From the NCBI RefSeq assembly GCF_000143415.4, contig NW_003314348.1:562062-626061 (forward strand): a stretch of DNA of 64,000 nt, written 5' to 3'. Every line of letters begins with the position of its first letter. The first letter of the stretch is position 1. This DNA is from Selaginella moellendorffii (taxonomy: Eukaryota > Plantae > Lycopodiophyta). Below, one piece after another: positions 23,761 through 34,232 of the stretch. The notes under the pieces were generated by a model. That model was not told where the DNA came from. It did not search any database and saw nothing but the letters and a program-made list of their open reading frames with translations. Both the position numbers and the translations under genes were made by a program.

Positions 23761-26204
23761 ATGCTTCGCACCTCCAAATGGGGGCGGCTCGCGCGCGCGG
23801 TGCTCCAGTCGCACAGCCTCGACCTCCGCGAGCAGGAGAACGCGTTCGCGAAGGTGGTGCGCGAATGCGGGCAGGAGCGGGATCTGGAGCGCGGGCGGAG
23901 GATCCATGCACAGATCCAGGACGCCGGCATCGCCTCCAACACATTCCTGGGCAATCTCCTCGTCCAGATGTATGGCCGCTGCGGCTGCTTCCACGGCGCG
24001 CGGGCGGCCTTCGATGCCATCCAGCGCCGGAATGTCTTCTCGTGGACGCTCATCGTCGCCGTGTTCGTCCAGCTCGGGCACCTTGACAAAGCCAAGGAGA
24101 TGTTTGATCGGGCGCCAGAGCAAGACCTTGTGTCGTGGACTGCGATGGTTACCGCATATGCCCAAGCCGGGCATCTTGAGGAGTCTAAGTTTATGTTTGA
24201 ACTCATGCCGCAGCACAACGTCATTGCGTGGAACGCGATCCTGGCAGCCTACGCTCACAACGAGCACCCGGACGAGGCGAAACATGTCTTCGACTCGATG
24301 ACGGAGCGCGATGTTCTGTCGTGGACTCGATCATTTCTGTGTTTGCCCAAAAAGGGCATCTGTTGCAAGCGCGAGATGCGTTTGATCTTATGCCCAGCAG
24401 AGACATCGTCTCGTGGAACGCAATCGTGAACGGCAGTGCCGTGAACGGGTATCTCGTCGAGTCGAGGCTGCTCTTTAACTCCATGCCCGAGCGGCAGATG
24501 ATCTCCTGGAACACTCTTCTCTCAGCGTATGCCCGAAACGGGCATTTGCAGGAATCCGAGTGGATCTTCCGCTTCATGCCGTTTCACGATCTCGTCTCGT
24601 GGGACGTGATGATCACCGCCTACAACCAGGCGGGTCTTTTCTACGAAGCCAAGCGAATCTTTGACAGCATGGGCGGGAGATGCTCGGTATCCTGGAATGC
24701 AATGGCGCAGGCATATTCCCAGGCAGGGCATCTCGAGGAGGCGCGCGACGTGTTTGACTGCACGCCCCAGCGTGACTGCGTGTCGTGGAACATCCTCATC
24801 GTGGCATATTCCGAGCACGGGTATCTGGAGGAATCTTACGCGCTCTTCAATCTCATGCCGGCGTGGAACGGAATCTCGTGGAACATCATGGCCACCACAT
24901 ATGCCCTGCGAGGGCACATCCAGGAATCTAAGCGAATCTTCAACTCCATCCCTTCCAGAAGCCTCGTACTGTGGAATTCCATGGTGGCGGCGCACACCCA
25001 GAGAGACCATCTCCTAGAAGCGAAAGCGCTGTTTGAAAAGATGTCCGGCTGGGACGTGGTGTCCTGGACGACCATGATCCAGGGATATTCCGAGTCCGGG
25101 AATCTTGAGGAAGCCAAGGGCTTGTTCGATCGAATGCCTGGAGTCTGTGCCGGATCCTCGTCCGCTAGGGACTACCCGTGCTGGAACGCGATTCTCTCGG
25201 CATTCGTCCACAAGTCACGGATGGACGACGCAAAGTCCATCTTTGACAAGATGCCCATGCACGACGTCGTCGCCGCCACCTCCATGGTGGTGCTCTACTC
25301 GTCACCCCGCGGCCATCTCCGCGAGGCCAAGCTCGCCTTCAACTCCATCCCCGCCCGCGACTCCACCGCCTGGACGATCCTCATCTCGGCCTTCGCGACC
25401 AACGCCGACCTCGCCGGCGCGGAGCGCGTCTTCGATCTCGTCCCGCTCCGGAGCTCCTTCAGCTGGAACTACATGATCCAGGCCTTCGCCACCGATCCGC
25501 GCAGCCTGGATCGAGCCAAGCAGGTCTTCGACGCGATGCCGCAGCGCAACGACGTCCCCTGGAACGCCATGATCGGGATGTACTCGAGCAGCGGCGCGGT
25601 GGGCGATGCGCGCGCCATCTTCGATCGAATGCCCGCGCACGAGGTCCTGGCGTGGAGCGCCATCCTCACGGCCTACGCGCAGTCGGGCGACCTCGAGTCC
25701 GCTACCCGGATCTTCGACTCCACGCCGCTCCACGACGCCGTCTCGTGGAGCGCGATCATCTCGGCGCACTGCCACAAGGGCCGGATCCACGACGCCGTCT
25801 TTCTCTTCCGCTGCCTCAACCTCGAGGGGATCCAGCCCGACGAGGTGAGCTTCACGAGCATCCTCCACGCTTGCAGCCACGCGGGGATGCTGCGCGAGGC
25901 GTGGAGTGGATTCACGAGCATGGTGGCCGACTTTGGACTGGCCGCTTTGCACGACCACTACTCGTGCATTGTAGACGTGCTGGGACGGACGGGAAGGCTT
26001 GCGGAGGCCGAGGAGCTCGTCCAGACCATGCCGTTTCTGCCGAACTCTGTCGAGTGGACGAGCTTGCTGGGCGCTTGCAAGGTGCATGGCGATCTGGGCC
26101 GGGCTGCTCGGTGCGCGAGCTTCGCAAACGGGCTCGGCGCCACGCATTCCTCGTCGTACATGCTGCTGTCCAGCGCGTATACGACGACGAGTCCCCAAGG
26201 TTAG
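23761..26204 (+). pseudogene. PLS-class PPR protein with E domain, no DYW; single frameshift near 24327 (pseudogene or sequencing error)
   Basis: Tandem ~31-aa repeats (VSWNAM..AY...GHL.EA..FD.MP) and terminal HYSCIVDVLGRTGRLAEAEELVQTMPF.P....WTSLLGAC..HGD...YMLLS. ORFs 23761-24429 and 24228-26204 join by one missing base at ...TGG ACT CG ATC ATT. Confidence 0.88.
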
Positions 26205-26432
26205 TCTAACATGATTTATTCTAACACGTGCTTAATAAAAACTTCAGGAATACTTACTTCCGTCATATTGATCATTAATTGGTGACTGTTGCATGGACAC
26301 CGGTTCCCGTAGTTGCTGTGATCCTTAACTTCACAAATCTAGGAATCTTTCTCTTTGCCTAAGAGACATTATACTTACCTTTTTCTTCTAAACTAAATTC
26401 TAAGGAAATTATTTAATAAGTGTTTAGGCTAA

Positions 26433-26938
26433 CTAATTACACATGGTCATTATCTTGACAAATTCTACATAGTTGACGTTCCCATCACCATCTATGTCCG
26501 CTTCTCGCATCATCTCCTCCAGCTCCTCTTGTCCCAGCTTCTCTCCCATGCTCGCCATCACTTGGCGGAGCTCCACGGCGCTAATGTAGCCATTCTGATC
26601 GCGATCGAACACGCGAAATGCCTCCTTGAGCTCCTCCTCGCACTCGGCACCTCTTATCTTGCGAGCCATGAGGGCGACGAACTCGGGGAACTCCACTGTG
26701 CCGCTCTTATCCTTGTCAACCTCGTCTATCATATCTTGCAGCTCCACTTCCGTTGGATGCAGGCCAAGGGATTTCATCACGGCCCCGAGCTCGCGAGTGG
26801 TGATGCGCTCTGTCAAATGCAAAACGTTTTTAGAAATCACTGGCTTGAGACCTGGGAAGTCATACCATCGCCGTCTTTGTCGAACAGGCTGAATGCTTCC
26901 TTCAGCTCAGAGACCTGCTCCTCAGCCAGCTCCGCCAT
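26433..26938 (-). CDS. Calmodulin-like protein (4 EF-hands, 149 aa), 2 exons
   Basis: Exon 1 26938-26866 ([24 protein letters not shown]) and exon 2 26809-26433. Intron lies at the typical plant calmodulin position. Loops [36 protein letters not shown]. Confidence 0.93.
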
Positions 26939-27072
26939 GGGGGAATGAAGAGGGAAAAAAAGAGAGAAAGGAATACTACCTTCTGGAAAATCTTACCTTT
27001 ACTCCACACAAAAGAGTAACATTTTGTCATGTGGATCTCATTTCTTGTAATATTGGTGAACGGATAGTTTTT

Positions 27073-27868
27073 CTAATCTTTAACGTCCAGGTCCGACACA
27101 TATGGTTCTCGTCCCCTCTGCAAAAGCAGCACTTAAATATCACTTAAACTTGCAAGGAATAGAAAATCAATGTCAACCTGTCCGTCTGGGCGTTCAACAA
27201 CACCTCCACGAGTATACGTCGGCAGCCTGTCCATGTCTTTCGGATCAAAAGTTTTTAATGGATCACGGGGAACTCCGGCTCCTTCGTTCGGCGGAGCTTT
27301 GGACTCGTCGGGGGGATTGTTTATCACCACGTAGCCGCCAACAAGGCCTGCCACCAGTAAGAATGTGAATCCCAACAGAACTGGATAGCGAACTCGGAGT
27401 GGATCAAGTCCAAGTTGTCCGAAAATCCCTTTTCCCGTCACAACTTCCATTACCAGAGCCGCCTGCAGACGCTTGTAAGTTTGGAGGAAGAGCTGCGAAT
27501 CCAGCTTACCACAACGCCAACCATAGCGAATCGCCCAACTAGCCGCTCCTGAAAGTTGCCAAATCCAAAGAAGGAACCAGGACCACCAAGCCCGTACTGG
27601 CTGGTTCCTTGCTCACCCCCACCACCACCACCACCGCTGCTCTCAGCGCGAACTACAAAATTTTCAAGCGTGTCTAGCACTGTTTTCTCTTTCTGCCTGG
27701 AAAATCAAAAACTCGTCAAGTACCTGTGAGCCGCAGCGGCACTCCGGGTTTGGGACTTTGCCTCCATTTTTTGTTCTCGCCCAGCCAAGCATTCCTGGAG
27801 AGCGTTGTTGGTATTCCTGGAATGTTAGCAACGCAAACAGACGAAGCCAATGTCAAGCGTTGCGCCAT
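27073..27868 (-). CDS. Two-helix LHC-like (SEP/PsbS-related) thylakoid protein, 4 exons
   Basis: Transit peptide ending LTVRA after splicing, LHC motif FGFGNFQERLVGRFAMVGVVAALVMEVVTGKGIFGQLG, second hydrophobic helix VLLGFTFLLVAGLVGGYVVI, C-terminus RGREPYVSDLDVKD*. Confidence 0.78.
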
Positions 27869-28710
27869 TTCCACATCAATCGGAGCTTACACTGCTCTTT
27901 TTGCAGCGAACACGTGGAGAGCTACAGACCATACTTGTGAATCTTAAAGAAGGATGGATTTATCCGAGTCAAACACGTTTGCTCGCACGAAATTCGCTTA
28001 ACTGTGTTTGTCATCCTTAGCGTAGAATTATTAAAAACTACGCTACCTCTTGCATGTTGCAATTGCGTCCCGTCCAGTCCAAGCAAATCCTTACAAAAAT
28101 GGCGACTAACACATAGGAATAGTCATGGTAGGATTGGAAATGCAACTAAGTTACCTGAGTTCTGGTAGCATATAAGCTTTTGGAGCCAATCAGGCCCCAA
28201 GGAAAAAGCTCGAATCTCATCTTTAAAGTGGCACAGCTTCTGGAAAATCCGGAGGAAAAGCAAAGCAAACAGTAGTTGTCAAAGAAATTTCTAAACAATT
28301 ACCGATGTTTTGTACCTCTCATAGTGCTTGAGCTCGACAAGTCCATAAACCTGTGCAAGGCGAGCTAATGCTAGCAAAATTTCCCGATACGAAAGCAGGA
28401 TTCCCCTCCACCACAAAAGGCGAAAGTTATTCTATTCCCCAAACCTCCAGGCGCCACGTCCAGGATCGCAAGCCTCTGGCAGCATCGAGCGCTTGGAGCA
28501 CCGCAGCCATAGCCGGAGCCCCGCAAAAACCCTAGGAGAGAGTGTTTGAAAATTGGCGGGAAAAAGCGGGAGACGATTCAACGCTTCCGTACAGTCTCTT
28601 TGCTCCACGACATAGAGCAAACATTCCTCGCTTCTTCCTTCGCCCGCGCTTCCTCTCGACGCTCCCTCGCTACATCGCAATGCAGACCTAATCGTTTAGA
28701 GCTCTAAGCT

Positions 28711-29421
28711 ATGGCTGCCTTCTTGCTCCTCTTCCAGGGACTCCGGAGCTCTCTCCTCTTCGCGGTTCTCGTCCCGCTGCTCCTCGCCCTCGATTCCGAG
28801 GCCATCAGGTCGCGCGCGCCCAAGGTCTCCATGCGCTCGCTCTTTCTCGCTGTCAATCTCCTCGTCATCACACTGTTTGCGATGGGCCGCGCTGCCCAGA
28901 ACCCTAGCAGCGACCAATCGTCCAGAGCGCTCGTCGTCCACGACGACGCGAATGCCGCCATCGCGCACATCATACCGGAGGGCGGCAATGAATTTGACAT
29001 CCTCGTCGTCTCTTCCTCTTCTTTCGGGGATTATCCGGGAGAGGAGCTCAAGGAGCTCGAGTTTTGCGGCGCCGGGGGATCTCTGGCTTTGGTCGTGACA
29101 AGCCAGGGCGATCCAGAGCTCCTGGACAGCAATCATTGCAGGGATATGGTGCCAGCCCCTCCGCTCTGCGATGAATTGCCGCCGGAGACGCCAGTGGAAG
29201 TGGAATCCCCTGTTGTAATTTCGCCCGGGAAGATCAAGAAGAAGCGCAAGAAGGCGAGGAAATCTCCTCCAGTGAGCAGCAATCCGGGGCGCGGCGAGGT
29301 TGCCACAAACGCGATGGTCACGGTGGGCGTCGATCGGCTGCTGGATTGCTCCATGGATGATTTCAACCGGGCATGCTCTGCCATCATCAAGCTCCATCGC
29401 AAAGAATGGCAATTGAGATGA
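28711..29421 (+). CDS. DUF4408/DUF761-like (cotton-fibre-expressed/A70-like) protein, copy 1, intronless
   Basis: Hydrophobic N-terminus with LFLAVNLLVITL, Lys-rich patch, C-terminal helix SMDDFNRACSAIIKLHRKEWQLR. Clear paralog of 30021-30815. Confidence 0.68.
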   Translation: MAAFLLLFQGLRSSLLFAVLVPLLLALDSEAIRSRAPKVSMRSLFLAVNLLVITLFAMGRAAQNPSSDQSSRALVVHDDANAAIAHIIPEGGNEFDILVVSSSSFGDYPGEELKELEFCGAGGSLALVVTSQGDPELLDSNHCRDMVPAPPLCDELPPETPVEVESPVVISPGKIKKKRKKARKSPPVSSNPGRGEVATNAMVTVGVDRLLDCSMDDFNRACSAIIKLHRKEWQLR

Positions 29422-30020
29422 TCCAATCCGAAGGAATATGGATCGTCGCGAAGAATCACGGGGCAAAGTTCCTTGTTCATTGTGTATAGATATAAGTTTC
29501 CACAAATGCTGGGTCTCTCAAAAAGATAAAAGATTCAATAGAGATGATAAAGCGATTTTCACGGGTGATTCCTTCCCAGCCAGCATAAAAACTAGAAAAA
29601 TACGAGAGAATCTTCTGATGCCACCTTTAATTCTGGTGAGAGCAATGCAATGCAATTAAATTGGGGGATTGAGACCTCGAACTCATCTTTTCGACATGCT
29701 AATGACCCGCTCGCTGCTCACGAGCGTTGATTAATCCCGAAGACTTTGGGACGAAGAAACCTGGGAAGATCACCGCCGAGACTTTAGTCTCTGTTTTGTA
29801 GGCCCGTCAACTTGTTTGCTGAGCCAAGTTCTATAAAACTATGAAAAGTGTCGGGAACTTCCCAGATTTTGTCTGTTTTTGCCGCCAGGAGGAACATTCG
29901 CCTTGACCAAACCCTAGTCGAAACTTCAAACTATACACATGATCATAGAAGGTTCTTGACAAGTCACAAGATCATAGCATGTTCTTGGGGTATTTCTTTA
30001 GCTTTTGTTTTTGTTAGATC

Positions 30021-30815
30021 TCAACGGATTTGCCACTCCTGACGACGTAGCTTGATGATCGTCGAGCATGCCTCGTTGAAATCTTCGATGGAGCAGCTGG
30101 ACAAGCGAGCAACATCGACTGTGGTGGCCATCCCGAGTTCTCCATTACTGCTAATAACTTGATCACTAACCTGCGCTAATTGTTTGTGATCCTGATGTTC
30201 TTCCAGTAGCTTTGGGATTGCTGCCGCTACTTTCCTCTTCTTGATCGTGCTCTTCTTTGTTGTCTTCTTCGTCTTTGTTGTTCTTGGTGGATCCTCGGCG
30301 ATTTCTTGGTGGAAGGGAACGATGGCTTTGCAGATCTGGCGATTCTCGACCGGGAAAACGACCTCGGTCGTTATCAGGGCCAGAGAATCGTCGTGAGCGC
30401 CATCGTCTTCCTTTCCGGGATTATAACAGAGTTCCTCGCGGCCGTGATGATCACGGGTTGGATGCGGAGTTAGCGGAGAAACATTGTCGCAGTAGAAAGC
30501 GGGAGAGGAGATGAAAAACACATCAGCATTGCTCGATCCATCGGCGGAATTGACATGGGCGACGATCATGGGGTCGCGAACTACAATCGCCCTCTGCGAT
30601 TCGAATTCTTCGCTGGGGATCGTGCCAGGACTGCCTCTAAGACTGGGGGTTGCGATCAGCAGCGAGAGAATTAGCAAATTCACGGCCAGGAACAAGAAGA
30701 ATTTGGGGCTCCTGGACGCTAGATCGGCAAGATCAGGGGAGAAGGCCAGCAGGAGAAGAATCAGCAGCAGCCTACTGATCCCGATCGACTGGAAGAGAAG
30801 AACCACAAGGGTCAT
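30021..30815 (-). CDS. DUF4408/DUF761-like protein, copy 2, intronless
   Basis: MTLVVLLFQ..SPKFFLFLAVNLLILSL...SIEDFNEACSTIIKLRRQEWQIR, collinear with copy 1. Confidence 0.68.
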   Translation of the reverse strand: MTLVVLLFQSIGISRLLLILLLLAFSPDLADLASRSPKFFLFLAVNLLILSLLIATPSLRGSPGTIPSEEFESQRAIVVRDPMIVAHVNSADGSSNADVFFISSPAFYCDNVSPLTPHPTRDHHGREELCYNPGKEDDGAHDDSLALITTEVVFPVENRQICKAIVPFHQEIAEDPPRTTKTKKTTKKSTIKKRKVAAAIPKLLEEHQDHKQLAQVSDQVISSNGELGMATTVDVARLSSCSIEDFNEACSTIIKLRRQEWQIR

Positions 30816-32536
30816 GACTTCCCTAGACAACACGATCTTGCCACAATCCCCCAAGAACCCTAAATCGCGAGGAAAGGCTACATTTATAAAACCACTGGCA
30901 GCCTTCGTGAAATCCACGCTACTGGAGAGCATTTGCGCGTGCCGAATCTTATTGTACCCGGGAGCATATTCGCCAATCCACTTGAAAAATAGTAAATCTT
31001 TCGTACCGTTGTCTGCCGTACGAAACTTTCCCGTTGCCAAGGATATGCCCCACGCCCTCGCGAATATCCCCCTTTAGGGCTTTTAAACATTCTCGTGGGG
31101 CCTAGGTCAAAATATTTGGTAGGGTCGCAGGAGGAGCACGGATGCCTGGCGCGTCAATCAGGAAGGAGCAGCGCAGCTACGGAGAATGGATCCAAATCTC
31201 TCTCGCAGCTCCTGGTGAGTGATCGTCCTTGCCCTGATCCTTTCACCAGTAACATAGGTCCTCTCTATGTGTTTCCCAGTCATGCCTTAGATTTCCACCC
31301 TAGATTTTATGGCTCTGCGAGTAAGCAGTGGTCTTGAAGCTCTTGTTCTTTCGTATTTCTTCCTCCCTCCTCTTTGAGTGCTTGCATTTTTTATAGAGAG
31401 GGCGCTAAGTACTTGGGCTTCTTTGTATGGTACTGCATTCATTTGTGGACATGCAAAGCCTGCGTTCTTTCTTTTCTTTTCTCTTGCGATTCTTCTCGTC
31501 ATTTATGGCTCTTCAATGGATGCTTTATGCTGCCTGCTGCTCCCGCCTGATCTGCTGACTGCACTTGGCTTCTTCATCGTCTCGTTTCTTACAAGTCATG
31601 TGTCGTGTGGGGTGCGCAATCTTTAAGCCCAGTCTATCCTGTGTCTCCTGGTCCTTTTTTATATGATTTCTCGTCGCGATGTCGAGAAGTTGTTTATAGT
31701 TTTTGGGGAGAGCCAATGTTGCTTTCCGAGCGAGAACAACATCTAGGCGGCCCCGGCCTCTTTAACTTTCACCCCGTCTTTGATAAGGTTGGTTTCCGTG
31801 TTCCGCTATGCTGGCTGAAAGTGTATGGCTTGCTTTCACTTTTACAAATCTATCCACAACGTAGCTGTCGGGTCTTGCCTCCATTTCTCTGTCACTGTTC
31901 CGTGACAGTATGTTACAGTCTTAGTTTTTTTTTGTTTTCCTCCCTCTGAGTGCTTAAATGACCCTCTGAGTATGGTTTTTTTTTCTAGTCTATCGTTTCA
32001 ACACAGTGTGGTCAGCGGTGTGATTCGACCGAGGGGTTAACACTGGTTAGCTACTGCTTTAGAGTTTTGCCAGGCGGTGTCTGCTGTCTGCTTTCTCCTA
32101 GCACGCACTCGGTACACAGGTTCTTCCTTTATATTCTTCGTTTTCGATTCCACCCTGAATCATCCTGGCATTTCTTCGTCCTCGTGCCCTCCTCCTTCTC
32201 CTTCCTCTCCTCTGTTCTCCAAGTTCAGGGGACTGGTTGCTTTGGGGGATTTGATTTTTCTGCTCTGGTTTCCTGTGGTCCTTCACTTTATCTACATCTC
32301 CATCCTTTGTAAGTTTTTCGCTAGTTATCTGTTCAAATGTCCCAGCCTAGAGGGTCGGCTGTAGGCTTCACTTTTTGAAGTGTAGTCTGGAAGCCAAGAT
32401 CCTTGTTTGCTTCTGCTACATTGCAAATATAAGCCACAGTCCTCCCTTGAGATCTCTCAGCGCTCTCGCTTTGCCCGAGTTCTTCTCTCCTTTTCCCTTT
32501 GCTTTAATCAGACAGAGTTCTTTTTACCTCCGCTAC

Positions 32537-33367
32537 ATGGAATTTGGTGACAACAAGAAGTCTTGCTTCGTGTCGGACACCTGCGGAGGAATTCCATGTC
32601 TGAAGCAGGTTGCCATACTCTGGTCCTTGATGGCCGTGTTAGTCGTCACCATGGATCTTCTCTCCTTTTCGGGGCTTCTCCCGTTTCCCGGTGGGTACAC
32701 ATTTCCTGTTATTGCTTTTCTATACTTCACTCTGGGCCAACGAATGTGGTCTATCATCGCAACGCTTGGCAACTGCCTCACTCCCGCGGTCTTGTTCCTC
32801 CTCATGAACGTGATGATCGTCGCCATACTTCTCTCGTCCGGCTGCTTCTCTAGAGACGACATGTCTAATCTTCTCCCTGTTGCAGCGCCAGCCTCCGGTA
32901 GCTTCCAGGATCATCAAGCCCCTCCCGCCAGCGACGATGACAAGCACAAGGCCGCAATTGCAACGAAGTCCCGGAACTTAACCCGTTCTTCCTCGGCAAC
33001 GGGCGCTACGACTAAAGTCAAAGCTGTGAAGAAAGTGAAGAGGCAGTACTCGGCTCCCAGTCCGTCGAGGTCCAGACTCCAAGACGAGCTCGAGCTCCGG
33101 GAAGAGGAGAAGCAGCAGCAGCAGCAGGTTGATCAAGAGTCGTGCTATAACAAAGAGGAGGATCAGTGGCACCACCACCAGCACCATCATTCATCCAGCC
33201 TGATCATCATGGAGCTCCCGACCGAGGCAGCGGGCAGTGGCAAGGCATACAGCAGCAACCTCATGACTTGCGACCAGGACGTTTTCAACGAGATAATCGG
33301 GAATTACATCGATAAGTTCAAGCAGGATATGCGACAGCAGGAGATGATCCCTGCTCGCGGCTGGTGA
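32537..33367 (+). CDS. DUF4408/DUF761-like protein, copy 3 (5' end uncertain)
   Basis: LTPAVLFLLMNVMIVAILLSS (DUF4408-like) and DQDVFNEIIGNYIDKFKQDMRQQ (DUF761-like). Confidence 0.68.
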   Translation: MEFGDNKKSCFVSDTCGGIPCLKQVAILWSLMAVLVVTMDLLSFSGLLPFPGGYTFPVIAFLYFTLGQRMWSIIATLGNCLTPAVLFLLMNVMIVAILLSSGCFSRDDMSNLLPVAAPASGSFQDHQAPPASDDDKHKAAIATKSRNLTRSSSATGATTKVKAVKKVKRQYSAPSPSRSRLQDELELREEEKQQQQQVDQESCYNKEEDQWHHHQHHHSSSLIIMELPTEAAGSGKAYSSNLMTCDQDVFNEIIGNYIDKFKQDMRQQEMIPARGW

Positions 33368-34214
33368 GTTTGCAAAAGTGAGGTCTCAACTCGGCGTCTC
33401 GGGCTCCTCGAGCTGTAAAGTTTCCTATGTTCTTGGGGAAGAACGAGGCTTCGTCGCATAGCCAAAGGAGCCGAATTAAAATTTTGGCACTGTACAGTAT
33501 AAGTGAGTCTTTTGCTGTGGTACAGATTGTTGGGACTTTCCATGTACATCATACTAAGGGAAAATTTGTAGGTTTTGTTTGTGTATTATTGGTTGATGTT
33601 TCTGGCTTCTGGAATCTTTTGATTTTCGGTCTGCCCAAAGTTGTAACTTTGATCTTTTGTGGCTTGTTCGATACTGTTGCTTTGATTGAGGGAAATGTCA
33701 CAACCACAGCCCTAGATGGCTAGATTCTTCCTGTCAGAGAAAATGGAGGTGGTCAAAAAGCTCCATGGTGATTACTAAAAATATAGTCACCTATTGTGGG
33801 TTTGTTGGATGTTGTTGAGCTACTTGTTGTTGCTTGGATTGATGACACTTTGCAAACCCCACTTAGTGATTGATCAGTAAAAAACACCCAAACAAGAGGA
33901 AGTGGTGTAAGATCATGCTCTCACCTCTAGAGGCCTACAAAGAAATCCACTCTACACACAACCTATGAGTGGGGATTGTCTCTTTGCCTGGGAACCTACT
34001 TCCTGTTTGTAAGATTTCCATTTGACAATGTCCAAAATGGTCCATTAACAAGCATGACATACATATACTGGTGGGATTTTGTTTATTTTGTTTCTTGATT
34101 TGATTTGACAAGACCTGGGATCCAGGATGATACAGGTGAAAGGCAAACAACAAAGAGAAAAAACAAGCCACCTCTCTTCTCTACTAGCCAGCCACCACCA
34201 GGATAAGCACAAAC

Positions 34215-34232
34215 GTGTGTGTGTGTGTGTGT
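34215..34232. repeat. (GT)n microsatellite
   Basis: Visible. Confidence 0.85.

Noticed and set aside
25302-26198. Long antisense and alternative-frame ORFs over GC-rich genes (also 43917-44843, 44958-45743, 28696-29505)
   Set aside because: Expected shadows of GC-rich coding sequence; the opposite frame carries the recognisable protein.
26100-26430. Possible DYW deaminase domain after the PPR E domain
   Set aside because: The ORF stops at 26204 and no HxE/CxxC or DYW motif follows.
31985-32060. Weak hairpin cagtgtggtcagcggtgt...acactggttagctactg
   Set aside because: Several mismatches and bulges; not distinguishable from chance.
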